In this document: positions 28,449-39,199 of the stretch, one piece after another
Position numbering within the stretch: the first letter of the stretch is position 1
Layout: every line of letters starts with the position of its first letter
Source: a virus
Taxonomy: Duplodnaviria; Heunggongvirae; Uroviricota; Caudoviricetes
Length of the DNA stretch: 40,652 nucleotides
Strand: one strand, 5' to 3'
IMG/VR virus record: IMGVR_UViG_2579778674_000010
Program-made: the position numbers and the translations under genes
The notes under the pieces: model-generated
Told to the model about the DNA's origin: nothing
What the model saw: the letters and a program-made list of their open reading frames with translations, nothing else
Databases searched by the model: none

Positions 28449-28676
28449 TCTCCTGGCGAGCGAGATAAAATTATCGAAGGCATTCGCTGTTTGTATGAAT
28501 CATACCCTTACAAGTCTGAATAAATAATGTCTCCGGGAATGACATTTCATGTGCGACTAATTCGCGATATTCCTATACGTAAAGGTCCGCTTTTGGCACA
28601 AAGTGGACAACCACGCTAGCTCTACCCTGTGCCACAAAATGTCAATTTGCATCTGAACTAATGCACTTTAATCTCG

Positions 28677-29099
28677 TCACTTCAATAAATACCGAACATC
28701 CCCCTGATAAAACGACAATATGCGCTGCATAACTTCGCTCTTCCGGCACTCGCGACAGATTATGTTTAGGCGACTGTCGTAGCGACGTATTTCTCCGTCA
28801 GGTAACGACCAGATAAGGTCCGGATCAACCACAACCGGTTTCTTCAGCTTTGCCCTCGATAATTTTTTGCGGGCATTTTGCCAGTCTTTACGAGCCTGTT
28901 CAGACGGGAATAACCCGTAGCCAGAATTGTATACTTCGCCACTGGCAACCAGCTCTCTGGCCAGAACGCTCATCAGATATCTTGTTGCCCCAGTTTTAGC
29001 TTCCAGTTGTCGTAACGTCTCGCGACCGCTCAGACGTACAAGTTCAACAACCTGTCCTTTAATTTTTTCTCGCTCTTCTGGTGTAAATACTTTTGCCAT
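28677..29099 (-). CDS. Hypothetical phage protein
   Basis: Start taken at MAKVF (ATG 29099) preceded by GGAGG; the track start at 29114 is a TTG. Basic C-terminal region. Confidence 0.5.
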   Translation of the reverse strand: MAKVFTPEEREKIKGQVVELVRLSGRETLRQLEAKTGATRYLMSVLARELVASGEVYNSGYGLFPSEQARKDWQNARKKLSRAKLKKPVVVDPDLIWSLPDGEIRRYDSRLNIICRECRKSEVMQRILSFYQGDVRYLLK

Positions 29100-29114
29100 A
29101 GGTGCCTCCGGCAA

Positions 29115-29876
29115 TCACTTTTCCGATGCAACATGGCGGGAAGAATCAGTAATCTGTCGTACAATATCCCTGTGCTTGTTCAACTCACGCAGCGCGGCGC
29201 AGACACGCTCCCACTTCTGGACATGATTTTTCGCCCGACGCAGTTCGCGGTTTGCCATATGCAGTGATGGTAAAACCAAGTCATCCGCTCGCGTTTCAGT
29301 AAACGATGGCAGCGACTGCACAATGTCCGCCACAGTTTCTGTTTTAATATCTTCCTGTGTTGCAGCCTCCTGTACTGGTAACGCAACACCTGCGGTCTGA
29401 GGAAAGGCCTTACCATCAGTTTCCGCTACCGATGCTGCTTTCGGCTCTGCTGGTAAATTATCGCCCGGTATGCAGTAACGAAATTTACCGCCCTGATTTA
29501 CGCGAATCAGACGACCTTTGCTGATTGCCATTGCCAGCGTTGAAGCCACTTTGCGTGATGTGGTACCAAACAATGTAGCCAGCTCATCAGCCGTTTGTGG
29601 TCCTCGTTGTTCAATCGTCGCGGTTAAATCGCACTCTGAGATTTTCGCTACTGTTGCTGTGGTGATTTCTTCCGGCAGTTCTGCCTGCGCTGGCTGTTCC
29701 TGCTGAACATTGTTATCAGCCACACGCCAGGTGTACGCACTTTTATCAACAAAACCAGCCTTTTTCAGTTCCCATAGTTCGTTCAGCACTTCTTCACGAC
29801 TGATATCAAGTCGCGCAGCAAGTTCTATGGATGTGGCTTTTCCCATTGCTTTCAGTGCGTCAAAAACAGTCTCCAT
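29115..29876 (-). CDS. Hypothetical phage protein with N-terminal winged-helix-like domain
   Basis: Start taken at [43 protein letters not shown] (GGGAG ribosome-binding site); central acidic/Thr-rich linker. Lies downstream of the DnaC-like gene. Confidence 0.5.
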
Positions 29877-29898
29877 TAAATTTTTCTCCCGGTAAAAA

Positions 29899-30645
29899 TT
29901 ACTTCGCAATTCCTGGCTGGACGACATTCGGACGCCAGCTCTCCCAGTTAAAATTCACCCATCGCCCGCCGTTCATGGTCATGCGATCCATAATCCGCTC
30001 GCCGAGCAATGTTTTCATGGCCTCATAGTTCAGGTTTGTCAGCATCCCCACGCTGCGCATCGACGCTGTCCGGCGATCAACAATCTGGTGCAGTACCACC
30101 TGCTCGTTTTTCGTCTCGCGCTGAATGCCAATTTCATCAAGAACCAGCAGATCCACTTCGCACAGTTCCCGCAAAAATTTTTCGCCTGACTGCCCATCGT
30201 CATAGCTGGCGTGCAGGGCACTCATAACATCAGCCACGGTAACCACAATCACTGTCTGACCGTCTTTCAGCAGGCGATTCCCGATAGCTGCCGCTAAGTG
30301 GTTCTTCCCGGTACCAGGTTTTCCGCTGAACGCAAAATTTGTACACCCGGTCATCAGTTCATCAGCGATGGATTTCGCCTGACTCAACGCGTATCGCTGC
30401 CCTTCGTTCTGCACCTGGTAATTCGAAAACGAGCATTTGCGGTGCAATGGCTGGATGCCAGAGCGATTCAGAATTTTTTCCACCCGCAACTGACGATTCT
30501 GACGGTTGATCTCCTCACAACGTTTCTGGCCTTCGGAAAGTTGCCACTCGCGCCACTCCGCTACCGTCTTGAATGGCGCGGTTACATGTGACGGGGCCAG
30601 TCTGCGGATACGTTCAAGAACATCGCCTGTCGCAATATTTTTCAT
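29899..30645 (-). CDS. ydaV: DnaC-like replication (helicase loader) ATPase
   Basis: 248-aa ORF with Walker [18 protein letters not shown] and Walker B LLVLDEIG; recalled as Rac YdaV. Confidence 0.8.
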
Positions 30646-30651
30646 GGTCAG

Positions 30652-31509
30652 TTACCCCCTGAAGCCTGGCGGGATCGCACTATCCGGTAACGAGACGGTG
30701 TTAACCTGTCGGAGTAACGTCTCAGGTCGAACACCTTTCGGCGCGAACAAGCCCTGGTATTCATTGGCGATGCTGTGTCGAATCACCTGCTCAGGTGAAA
30801 AACCCTGCTGGCGGAATTTTTCCAGCTCCCGTATCGCCCCGTTAGCGCCCTGCTCCGTTCGAATCGGTTTTCGCAATGCCTGGCGAAATTCAACCCACTC
30901 ACGCCAAAGCGAGACAGAAATCCAGTTCGGCAAAGTAATATCCAGAGGGTCAAACTTTTTGACACCTCGATTCCCCCGGGGGGGATTTAGGGGGGGATCT
31001 GTTTTTAGATCTTTATCTGTATCTTTATTAGTTGCCTTTGTGTTGACATCATGTTCAAACACCACTTCAACATCTGTTTGAACACCTGTTAAATTTCTCT
31101 CTTGTTTTGTTTGAACATCTGCTTCCTTTCTGCTTCTTCTGGCCTGAACAGATGCTTTTCCTGCGGCTGATTTTTTGGTTAATTTTTCCCTGACTGATGC
31201 CAGATCTTCCTCAATCCGAAGATGCACCCATTCCTCGCCGTTATCGCAAAAAAACTCCTGCAAGGATGGTTCAACATCAGCCCATCGCTCGTTAGTCAGA
31301 CGGGCAATTTTTGCCAGCCTGTTTTTAGGTATTGGCTTTCCTGTTTGCCAGTAATTGAACATCAGCAACAAATACGCACCATGCTCCTCTGCTGACAAAT
31401 GCATGGTGTCAGCCAGGTAATCAGCTATGTACAGTTGCATGTATGGTAATGCGGCCATAATTGCCCCGTATGATGCTGCCCGGTGGCTTAGAATAAGCAC
31501 AAACAGCAT
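30652..31509 (-). CDS. ydaU: Replication initiation-associated protein (DUF1376-like)
   Basis: 285-aa ORF immediately upstream of the DnaC-like gene. The true start may be the internal MAALPYMQLYIADYL. Confidence 0.6.
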   Translation of the reverse strand: MLFVLILSHRAASYGAIMAALPYMQLYIADYLADTMHLSAEEHGAYLLLMFNYWQTGKPIPKNRLAKIARLTNERWADVEPSLQEFFCDNGEEWVHLRIEEDLASVREKLTKKSAAGKASVQARRSRKEADVQTKQERNLTGVQTDVEVVFEHDVNTKATNKDTDKDLKTDPPLNPPRGNRGVKKFDPLDITLPNWISVSLWREWVEFRQALRKPIRTEQGANGAIRELEKFRQQGFSPEQVIRHSIANEYQGLFAPKGVRPETLLRQVNTVSLPDSAIPPGFRG

Positions 31510-31521
31510 GGAAACTTTTGC

Positions 31522-31944
31522 TTAATGAACAATGACAGAATCGTCGGAAGAACCGCCGCCGCTGAAATGCGCTTTCCGGTAAACGGCTTGGACTGCATCA
31601 TCATGCGCATCAATTGCCGTACTTAACGCTTCCTGCGCCGCCAGTAATACACGGCGTTCCAGGGTATCGAAGATGCAGAGTCGGTGACGCAGCTCGCGCG
31701 GAAGGATTGCCAGAATTGCTGGGATCAGCTTCTGAATTTTTTCTCTTTGCGTTTTCGTTTCACCTTTCAACCAACGGTGATAGATATTCTGCTGATTGTT
31801 CCAGTCCTTGCCTGGAACCAGGGGCAATTCGCCGCCCCCCTGGCGCAGATATTCTTCAGTAATTGCATTGGCTACCCATGCCTGCCCTTTTTCGGCTGCT
31901 AGGGCAAACAACACTGATTCGATGTGCTCATGCTTGATTTTCAT
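31522..31944 (-). CDS. ydaT: YdaT (CII-like regulator / toxic protein of Rac)
   Basis: 140-aa ORF MKIKHEHIESVLFALAAEKGQAWVANAITEEYLRQGGGELP... recalled as Rac YdaT; second gene of the operon divergent from racR. Confidence 0.7.
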   Translation of the reverse strand: MKIKHEHIESVLFALAAEKGQAWVANAITEEYLRQGGGELPLVPGKDWNNQQNIYHRWLKGETKTQREKIQKLIPAILAILPRELRHRLCIFDTLERRVLLAAQEALSTAIDAHDDAVQAVYRKAHFSGGGSSDDSVIVH

Positions 31945-31966
31945 GAATCATTTGCCTCTTGATGTT

Positions 31967-32263
31967 TCAGGTATGATCAAATGAGGATTTGTTACTGTCA
32001 TTTAGTTGCTTCACTGACATATTCTGCGAACAACATGCCGAACGTCGTAAATATGACCAGTCAATATCAGGACGAAGTTCTTCGCACAGAACCTCACCTC
32101 TTGTTGCACGTTCAATTGCTGGACATCTCTCGGCAGGCAATTGACGTACCCCTTTGATCCATTGATTTACGCTTGGAGGTGATACACCTAAAAGCCTAGC
32201 CATTGCTGATTGCCCACCGACAACAGCACAAGCTTGCTTGAATGAATAGTTCTCTTTTTTCAT
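31967..32263 (-). CDS. ydaS: YdaS (Cro-like HTH protein)
   Basis: 98-aa ORF with an HTH segment (QSAMARLLGVSPPSVNQWIKG); first gene divergent from racR. Confidence 0.7.
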   Translation of the reverse strand: MKKENYSFKQACAVVGGQSAMARLLGVSPPSVNQWIKGVRQLPAERCPAIERATRGEVLCEELRPDIDWSYLRRSACCSQNMSVKQLNDSNKSSFDHT

Positions 32264-32386
32264 CGAATGAACTCCAAAAACACACAGAAATATTAGGCGA
32301 CGCCTAACGCAATTGTCAATAGGCTGTGCCTAATGCAGTAAGGGTAGGGATTGCCTAATGTAATGCGCATAGGAGAATATTAAGCA
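32264..32386. promoter_or_regulatory. Divergent racR / ydaS promoter-operator region
   Basis: Contains the perfect 15-bp palindrome TTAGGCGACGCCTAA (32293..32307) and further GCCTAAT repeats between two divergent HTH regulator genes. Confidence 0.5.
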
Positions 32387-32863
32387 ATGCTTAGTGGTAA
32401 AGACTTAGGCCGAGCGATAGAGCAGGCCATTAACAAAAAAATCGCATCGGGATCCGTCAAATCAAAGGCGGAGGTCGCACGCCACTTTAAAGTCCAACCA
32501 CCATCAATTTATGACTGGATTAAGAAAGGCTCTATAAGTAAAGATAAACTTCCAGAATTATGGCGTTTCTTTTCTGATGTTGTTGGTCCAGAGCATTGGG
32601 GGCTTAACGAATACCCCATACCAACCCCCACCAATTCAGATACAAAAAGTGAACTTTTAGATATAAACAACCTTTATCAAGCAGCCTCTGATGAAATAAG
32701 AGCGATTGTAGCTTTCCTGTTATCTGGAAATGCTACAGAACCAGATTGGGTTGACCACGATGTTCGCGCCTACATAGCAGCGATGGAAATGAAAGTGGGT
32801 AAGTATCTGAAAGCTCTTGAATCTGAACGGAAAAGCCAGAACATCACAAAAACTGGAACTTAA
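32387..32863 (+). CDS. racR: RacR prophage repressor
   Basis: 158-aa ORF MLSGKDLGRAIEQAINKKIASGSVKSKAEVARHFKVQPPSIYDWIKKG... recalled as Rac RacR; divergent from ydaS/ydaT. Confidence 0.85.
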   Translation: MLSGKDLGRAIEQAINKKIASGSVKSKAEVARHFKVQPPSIYDWIKKGSISKDKLPELWRFFSDVVGPEHWGLNEYPIPTPTNSDTKSELLDINNLYQAASDEIRAIVAFLLSGNATEPDWVDHDVRAYIAAMEMKVGKYLKALESERKSQNITKTGT

Positions 32864-32940
32864 ACTTATATGGTCTGACGGAAAACTCCTGGATTCCGTT
32901 ATTTAACCCCCCCATCACTTTCTGCTGTCGCCATCACCTA

Positions 32941-32996
32941 TTAGGTTACGCTCAAAACATTAGGCATAGCCTATTGACAATCAATTAGGCATTACC
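32941..32996. promoter_or_regulatory. Second cluster of TTAGGC-type operator-like repeats downstream of racR
   Basis: TTAGGCATAGCCTAT (32960..32974) and further TTAGG motifs. CCTATTGACAA (32970..32980) is the reverse complement of TTGTCAATAGG at 32313..32323. Confidence 0.3.
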
Positions 32997-33171
32997 TATA
33001 CTTCCAGCATACCACCCACCCCGCCCCACAGAACGCCGGGCAATACTTCGAGTTACCAGGCAGTGGTAAGGGGTTAAGTAGCCAGCCCGAGGCGTATGAA
33101 CATGACGGCGGGATTCAAATTTTGCAGTGCAGCAGTTAGTTCCGCCACCCGGCGTTAAGGGGAGAGATAAG

Positions 33172-33306
33172 ATGGTGCATTACGAAGTAGTTCAGTATTT
33201 GATGGATTGTTGCGGTATCACTTACAACCAGGCTGTGCAGGCTTTACGCAGCAACGACTGGGATCTCTGGCAGGCAGAAGTCGCTATACGTAGCAACAAG
33301 ATGTGA
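33172..33306 (+). CDS. ydaG: YdaG small protein (44 aa)
   Basis: Manual translation MVHYEVVQYLMDCCGITYNQAVQALRSNDWDLWQAEVAIRSNKM; GGAG ribosome-binding site upstream. Confidence 0.55.
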   Translation: MVHYEVVQYLMDCCGITYNQAVQALRSNDWDLWQAEVAIRSNKM

Positions 33307-33316
33307 GATTCGCAAA

Positions 33317-33472
33317 ATGCAAAAAATCGACCTCGGCAACAACGAATCCCTGGTGTGCGGCGTGTTCCCCAACCAGGATGGAACGTTCACTGCCATGACG
33401 TATACCAAAAGCAAAACATTTAAAACCGAAACTGGTGCGCGCCGATGGTTGGAGAAGCACACAGTAAGCTAA
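33317..33472 (+). CDS. ydaF: YdaF small protein (51 aa)
   Basis: Manual translation MQKIDLGNNESLVCGVFPNQDGTFTAMTYTKSKTFKTETGARRWLEKHTVS, directly after ydaG. Confidence 0.5.
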   Translation: MQKIDLGNNESLVCGVFPNQDGTFTAMTYTKSKTFKTETGARRWLEKHTVS

Positions 33473-33957
33473 CGATTAAAACGTCTACTCCTGCTGTTCC
33501 AGAATAACTTCATAAAATGGGAGTATTTTTCGGTGACGAGATAATAAGAACAGTTTGCGCTATCACTCTGATGTTGAATGATGCCCTTCCGTTCTAATTT
33601 TTTCATAACCGGGTTACGGCAAGGAGAAGTGATAATAAGATTTCCTGTTTTAAGGAAATCTTTAAATACAGCGATTTCTTTCTCAGATAAACGAAGCAAT
33701 ACTCGTTGCTCTGGTAGTAATGAATAATGCTTTTGAATATGTGCTCGCAATCTTGAGAAGGAAATGGCGACCACGAAAGAAAAGGCAAAAACGATAATCT
33801 GAAAGAGCCAAGGTATTTCAGTATAAGCATTGAATGCGACAGTAAACTCTTTCGGTATCAGCCAGAGAGTGAGACCAAAAATGATAATCGTATACATAAG
33901 TCTTTCGAGTGGCTCGTTAGCAAAAAGTTTCAACAATGGAGTAAATACATCCAACAT
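33469..33957 (-). CDS. sieB: SieB superinfection exclusion protein
   Basis: Start taken at MLDVFTPLLKLFANEPLERLMYTIIIFGLTLWLIPKEF..., recalled as Rac SieB (162 aa). The 41 extra N-terminal codons of the track ORF were not adopted. Confidence 0.85.
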   Translation of the reverse strand: MLDVFTPLLKLFANEPLERLMYTIIIFGLTLWLIPKEFTVAFNAYTEIPWLFQIIVFAFSFVVAISFSRLRAHIQKHYSLLPEQRVLLRLSEKEIAVFKDFLKTGNLIITSPCRNPVMKKLERKGIIQHQSDSANCSYYLVTEKYSHFMKLFWNSRSRRFNR

Positions 33958-34398
33958 ATCAATAACTCTCAACTGTAAGGGTATTGAAATGTTAACACAA
34001 GCTCTCGCTGTAGGGGTATAGCCGAGACCACCGAAGCCCGGAGGTGGTGAAATAAAACCGGGCACAACACGAAGGCGCATTTCCGATATCCATAAAGAGT
34101 CGGTCTTGTCTGTTAAATTTAAATGGTGGGAGTGCGCCTCCGGTTGTAAATAACGACATTGCTGTGTGTAGTCCTGGCGGCATCAGTTTTTTTCTTGAAG
34201 TTCGGCTGATGTCCGCCCTTTTTAAAGTGAATTTTGTGATGCGGTGAATGCGGCTAAGCGCACGTGGCACAGTTAAAAGTCATGTTAGTCCTTATTGGTT
34301 TGGGTGGGAAAGCCGACTGTAATTGTTAACTGGTTGCAGTCACCTGGAGGCACCAGACACCGCATCAACAAAGTTCATTTGTAAAAATGGAGATAATT

Positions 34399-34620
34399 AT
34401 GATTGCACATCACTTCGGAACTGATGAAATACCACGTCAGTGTGTGACTCCTGGCGATTATGTTCTTCATGAAGGCCGGACATATATTGCCTCGGCAAAC
34501 AATATTAAAAAGCGAAAACTATATATTCGTAACCTGACCACAAAAACATGCATTACTGACCGCATGATTAAAGTCTTCCTCGGTCGTGATGGTTTACCTG
34601 TAAAGGCGGAGTCATGGTGA
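34399..34620 (+). CDS. kilR: KilR cell-division (FtsZ) inhibitor
   Basis: [46 protein letters not shown]..., recalled as Rac KilR (73 aa). Confidence 0.85.
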   Translation: MIAHHFGTDEIPRQCVTPGDYVLHEGRTYIASANNIKKRKLYIRNLTTKTCITDRMIKVFLGRDGLPVKAESW

Positions 34621-34790
34621 TGACTAAGAAAATAAAATGTGCTTACCACCTTTGCAAAAAAGACGTTGAAGAAAGCAAAGCTATTGAAAGAATGCTTCAC
34701 TTCATGCACGGGATTTTATCAAAAGACGAACCGAGAAAATATTGCAGTGAAGCTTGTGCCGAAAAAGACCAGATGGCACATGAACTTTAA
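34620..34790 (+). CDS. ydaE: YdaE small Cys-rich (zinc-binding) protein
   Basis: Manual translation [56 protein letters not shown]; start overlaps the kilR stop. Confidence 0.7.
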   Translation: MTKKIKCAYHLCKKDVEESKAIERMLHFMHGILSKDEPRKYCSEACAEKDQMAHEL

Positions 34791-34864
34791 TTAATTGACT
34801 ATTCGAAACTGAATTTATGCCAGAAATGGCAGGTATTCGCTCAACCTTAATTAAGGAGAAAAAC

Positions 34865-35140
34865 ATGATTACCAATTATGAAGCCACTGTTGTAACTACC
34901 GATGACATTGTTCACGAGGTGAATCTGGAAGGAAAGCGCATTGGCTACGTAATTAAAACAGAAAATAAAGAAACCCCATTCACTGTGGTTGATATCGATG
35001 GTCCATCAGGCAACGTAAAAACACTTGATGAAGGTGTCAAAAAAATGTGCCTGGTGCATATCGGAAAGAATCTGCCCGCAGAAAAAAAAGCCGAATTTCT
35101 GGCAACTCTAATTGCAATGAAATTAAAAGGTGAAATCTGA
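34865..35140 (+). CDS. racC: RacC
   Basis: Start taken at MITNYEATVVTTDDIVHEVNLEGKRIGYVIK... with AAGGAGA upstream; recalled as Rac RacC (91 aa). Confidence 0.8.
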   Translation: MITNYEATVVTTDDIVHEVNLEGKRIGYVIKTENKETPFTVVDIDGPSGNVKTLDEGVKKMCLVHIGKNLPAEKKAEFLATLIAMKLKGEI

Positions 35141-35241
35141 AAGAAATAGCCTGCGTATGGCGCAGGCTATGAACAGTGTGTATCCGGCAAGATCATTCAC
35201 TGAACAAAACGAATTTTAATCTGAGTTGAGGTTAAAAAACA

Positions 35242-37842
35242 ATGAGCACAAAACCACTCTTCCTGTTACGGAAAGCGAAAAAATCATCCGGTGAACCTGA
35301 CGTCGTCCTGTGGGCAAGCAACGATTTTGAATCGACCTGTGCCACTCTGGACTACCTGATCGTTAAGTCAGGTAAAAAACTGAGCAGCTATTTTAAAGCT
35401 GTTGCCACGAATTTTCCTGTCGTTAATGACCTGCCCGCTGAAGGTGAGATCGATTTTACCTGGAGTGAACGCTATCAACTCAGCAAAGACTCCATGACAT
35501 GGGAACTAAAACCGGGAGCAGCACCAGACAACGCTCACTATCAAGGCAATACCAACGTCAACGGCGAAGACATGACTGAGATTGAGGAGAATATGCTACT
35601 CCCAATTTCTGGCCAGGAACTGCCCATTCGTTGGCTTGCTCAACACGGCAGCGAAAAACCGGTAACGCACGTTTCACGCGACGGACTCCAGGCATTACAC
35701 ATTGCTCGGGCTGAAGAACTACCGGCTGTTACTGCCCTGGCTGTTTCCCACAAAACCAGCCTGCTCGACCCACTGGAAATTCGCGAACTCCACAAACTGG
35801 TTCGTGACACTGACAAAGTTTTCCCTAATCCTGGTAATTCAAACCTGGGACTGATAACTGCTTTTTTCGAAGCATACCTGAACGCTGACTACACCGATCG
35901 AGGACTGCTGACAAAAGAGTGGATGAAGGGTAATCGTGTTTCACACATCACTCGCACGGCTTCCGGTGCTAATGCTGGCGGCGGAAACCTCACCGATCGC
36001 GGCGAAGGTTTCGTACACGATCTGACGTCACTGGCGCGCGACGTAGCCACTGGCGTACTGGCCCGTTCAATGGATCTGGACATCTATAACCTTCATCCGG
36101 CACACGCTAAACGCATTGAGGAAATTATCGCTGAAAATAAACCGCCCTTTTCTGTTTTCCGCGACAAATTCATCACCATGCCTGGCGGGCTGGATTATTC
36201 CCGCGCCATCGTGGTTGCGTCCGTAAAAGAAGCACCAATTGGGATCGAGGTCATCCCCGCGCACGTCACTGAATATCTGAACAAAGTACTGACTGAAACC
36301 GATCATGCCAACCCTGATCCGGAAATCGTGGATATTGCCTGCGGTCGCTCCTCTGCCCCGATGCCGCAGCGAGTAACAGAAGAAGGAAAACAGGATGATG
36401 AAGAAAAACCGCAACCATCTGGAACAACGGCAGTTGAACAGGGAGAGGCTGAAACAATGGAACCGGACGCAACTGAACATCATCAGGACACGCAGCCGCT
36501 GGATGCTCAGTCACAGGTAAATTCTGTTGATGCGAAATATCAGAAACTGCGGGCAGAACTCCATGAAGCCCGAAAAAACATTCCATCAAAAGATCCTGTC
36601 GATGCCGATAAATTGCTTGCTGCATCACGTGGTGAATTTGTTGACGGAATTAGCGACCCGAACGATCCGAAATGGGTAAAGGGGATCCAGACTCGCGATT
36701 CTGTGTACCAGAACCAGCCAGAAACGGAAATAATCAGCCCGGATGCGAAACAACCTGAGCCAGTAGTGCAACAGGAACAGGAAATAGTCTGCAATGCCTG
36801 CGGTCAGACTGGCGGGGATAACTGTCCTGACTGTGGTGCGGTGATGGGCGACGCAACATACCAGGAAACATTCGGTGAAGAGAATCAGGTTGAAGCTAAG
36901 GAAAAAGATCCGGAGGAAATGGAAGGCGCTGAACATCCGCACAATGAGAATGCTGGCAGCGATCCGCATCGCGATTGCAGTGATGAAACTGGCGAAGTCG
37001 CAGATCCCGTAATCGTAGAAGACATAGAACCCGGTATTTATTACGGAATTTCGAATGAGAATTACCACGCGGGTCCCGGTGTCAGTAAGTCTCAGCTCGA
37101 TGACATTGCTGATACTCCGGCACTGTATTTGTGGCGTAAAAATGCCCCCGTGGACACTACAAAGACAAAAACGCTCGATTTAGGAACCGCTTTCCACTGC
37201 CGGGTACTTGAACCGGAAGAATTTAGTAACCGCTTTATCGTAGCACCTGAATTTAACCGCCGTACAAACGCCGGAAAAGAAGAAGAGAAAGCGTTTCTGA
37301 TGGAATGCGCAAGCACAGGAAAAACGGTTATCACTGCGGAAGAAGGCCGGAAAATTGAACTCATGTATCAAAGCGTTATGGCTTTGCCGCTGGGGCAATG
37401 GCTTGTTGAAAGCGCCGGACACGCTGAATCATCAATTTACTGGGAAGATCCGGAAACAGGAATTTTGTGTCGGTGCCGTCCGGACAAAATTATTCCTGAA
37501 TTTCACTGGATCATGGACGTGAAAACCACAGCGGATATTCAACGATTCAAAACGTCTTATTACGACTACCGCTATCACGTTCAGGATGCATTCTACAGTG
37601 ACGGTTATGAAGCACAGTTTGGTGTGCAGCCAACTTTCGTTTTTCTGGTTGCCAGCACAACTGTTGAATGCGGACGTTATCCGGTTGAGATTTTCATGAT
37701 GGGCGAAGAAGCAAAACTGGCAGGCCAGCAGGAATATCACCGCAATCTGCGGACCCTGGCTGACTGCCTAAATACCGATGAATGGCCAGCTATTAAGACG
37801 TTATCACTGCCCCGCTGGGCTAAGGAGTATGCAAATGACTAA
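35242..37842 (+). CDS. recE: Exonuclease VIII (RecE)
   Basis: 866-aa [44 protein letters not shown]... recalled as Rac RecE; immediately followed by an overlapping recT. Confidence 0.95.
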   Translation: MSTKPLFLLRKAKKSSGEPDVVLWASNDFESTCATLDYLIVKSGKKLSSYFKAVATNFPVVNDLPAEGEIDFTWSERYQLSKDSMTWELKPGAAPDNAHYQGNTNVNGEDMTEIEENMLLPISGQELPIRWLAQHGSEKPVTHVSRDGLQALHIARAEELPAVTALAVSHKTSLLDPLEIRELHKLVRDTDKVFPNPGNSNLGLITAFFEAYLNADYTDRGLLTKEWMKGNRVSHITRTASGANAGGGNLTDRGEGFVHDLTSLARDVATGVLARSMDLDIYNLHPAHAKRIEEIIAENKPPFSVFRDKFITMPGGLDYSRAIVVASVKEAPIGIEVIPAHVTEYLNKVLTETDHANPDPEIVDIACGRSSAPMPQRVTEEGKQDDEEKPQPSGTTAVEQGEAETMEPDATEHHQDTQPLDAQSQVNSVDAKYQKLRAELHEARKNIPSKDPVDADKLLAASRGEFVDGISDPNDPKWVKGIQTRDSVYQNQPETEIISPDAKQPEPVVQQEQEIVCNACGQTGGDNCPDCGAVMGDATYQETFGEENQVEAKEKDPEEMEGAEHPHNENAGSDPHRDCSDETGEVADPVIVEDIEPGIYYGISNENYHAGPGVSKSQLDDIADTPALYLWRKNAPVDTTKTKTLDLGTAFHCRVLEPEEFSNRFIVAPEFNRRTNAGKEEEKAFLMECASTGKTVITAEEGRKIELMYQSVMALPLGQWLVESAGHAESSIYWEDPETGILCRCRPDKIIPEFHWIMDVKTTADIQRFKTSYYDYRYHVQDAFYSDGYEAQFGVQPTFVFLVASTTVECGRYPVEIFMMGEEAKLAGQQEYHRNLRTLADCLNTDEWPAIKTLSLPRWAKEYAND

Positions 37843-38668
37843 GCAACCACCTATCGCAAAAGCCGATCTGCAAAAAACTCAGGGAAACCGTGCACCAGCA
37901 GCAGTTAACGATAAGGATGTGCTGTGCGTGATTAACAGCCCGGCAATGAAAGCGCAACTGGCAGCAGCTCTGCCACGTCACATGACAGCGGAACGCATGA
38001 TCCGCATTGCTACAACAGAAATCCGTAAAGTACCGGAACTAAGAAACTGTGACTCGACGAGTTTTATCGGTGCCATCGTACAGTGTTCACAGCTCGGACT
38101 TGAGCCAGGTAGCGCCCTCGGTCATGCATATCTGCTACCGTTCGGCAACGGAAAAGCAAAAAACGGTAAGAAGAACGTACAGCTGATCATCGGTTATCGC
38201 GGCATGATCGACCTTGCCCGTCGATCAGGTCAAATCATCAGTCTGTCAGCTCGTGTTGTCCGTGAATGTGATGAATTCAGCTATGAACTTGGCCTTGATG
38301 AAAAACTGGTTCATCGTCCCGGTGAAAACGAAGATGCCCCTATAACCCATGTCTATGCTGTTGCAAAACTGAAAGACGGAGGAGTGCAGTTTGAAGTCAT
38401 GACCCGCAAACAAGTAGAAAAAGTTCGCGACACACACAGCAAGGCGGCAAAAAACGCAGCGTCAAAAGGGGCGTCGTCCATCTGGGATGAACACTTTGAA
38501 GACATGGCCAAAAAGACAGTGATACGAAAACTGTTCAAGTATCTGCCGGTATCTATTGAAATCCAGCGTGCAGTATCGATGGATGGAAAAGAGGTGGAAA
38601 CAATTAATCCAGACGACATATCGGTTATAGCCGGGGAATACAGTGTAATCGATAATCCAGAAGAATAA
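37835..38668 (+). CDS. recT: RecT single-strand annealing protein
   Basis: Start taken at [18 protein letters not shown]..., which overlaps the recE stop (ATGACTAA); recalled as Rac RecT. Confidence 0.9.
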   Translation: MTKQPPIAKADLQKTQGNRAPAAVNDKDVLCVINSPAMKAQLAAALPRHMTAERMIRIATTEIRKVPELRNCDSTSFIGAIVQCSQLGLEPGSALGHAYLLPFGNGKAKNGKKNVQLIIGYRGMIDLARRSGQIISLSARVVRECDEFSYELGLDEKLVHRPGENEDAPITHVYAVAKLKDGGVQFEVMTRKQVEKVRDTHSKAAKNAASKGASSIWDEHFEDMAKKTVIRKLFKYLPVSIEIQRAVSMDGKEVETINPDDISVIAGEYSVIDNPEE

Positions 38669-38712
38669 TCCAGCCTGGCGGTGTAATGCACCGCCAACGT
38701 GAGATAGTTTTT

Positions 38713-38919
38713 ATGACAAAAACTTTGAGATATGACGATGTTAAACCATGTCCGTTTTGTGGTTGTCCATCAGTAACGGTGAAAGACATTTCAGGATATT
38801 ACCGGGCAAAATGCAACGGATGCGAATCCCGAACTGGCTATGGTGGAAGTGAAAAAGAAGCGCTCGAAAGATGGAATAAACGAACCACTGAAAATATTAA
38901 TGGAGGCGTTCATGTATAA
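38713..38919 (+). CDS. ralR: RalR (Lar) restriction-alleviation protein
   Basis: Start taken at MTKTLRYDDVKPCPFCGCPSVTVKDISGYYRAKCNGCESRTGYGGSEKEALERWNKR... (Cys4 zinc-ribbon-like); position downstream of recT as in Rac. Confidence 0.75.
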   Translation: MTKTLRYDDVKPCPFCGCPSVTVKDISGYYRAKCNGCESRTGYGGSEKEALERWNKRTTENINGGVHV

Positions 38920-39100
38920 AATTACCGCTACAATTGAAAAGGAAGGTGGCACTCCTACTAACTGGACAAGATATTCAAAATCTAAACTAACGAAATCAGA
39001 ATGCGAAAAAATGCTCTCAGGTAAAAAAGAAGCAGGCGTTTCCAGAGAGCAGAAAGTAAAACTGATAAATTTTAATTGCGAGAAACTTCAGTCCTCGTGA
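38912..39100 (+). CDS. ydaC: YdaC (DUF1187) small protein
   Basis: Start taken at MYKITATIEKEGGTPTNWTRYSKSKLTKSECEKMLSGKKEAGVSREQKVKLINFN... with GGAGG upstream; overlaps the ralR 3-prime end. Confidence 0.7.
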   Translation: MYKITATIEKEGGTPTNWTRYSKSKLTKSECEKMLSGKKEAGVSREQKVKLINFNCEKLQSS

Positions 39101-39132
39101 ATTGCATTGTATTCAAATTAAAACTTCATAGC

Positions 39133-39148
39133 TGATTATTAATAATCA
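39133..39148. promoter_or_regulatory. Perfect 16-bp palindrome upstream of xisR
   Basis: TGATTATTAATAATCA is its own reverse complement; it lies 52 nt upstream of the xisR start codon in an AT-rich intergenic region. Confidence 0.3.
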
Positions 39149-39199
39149 ACATCAGGCGTCAATTTCAGTCTAACATTGGCGCCTGCCAGAGGTGATGCG

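Noticed and set aside
33244-33462. 72-aa minus-strand ORF between racR and sieB
   Set aside because: The same interval encodes on the plus strand two small proteins recognised as YdaG and YdaF; the minus ORF has no ribosome-binding site.
35889-37740. Multiple minus-strand ORFs (64 to 147 aa) opposite recE
   Set aside because: Antisense to recE, which is recognised over its full length; Cys/Arg/Phe-rich artefact composition.
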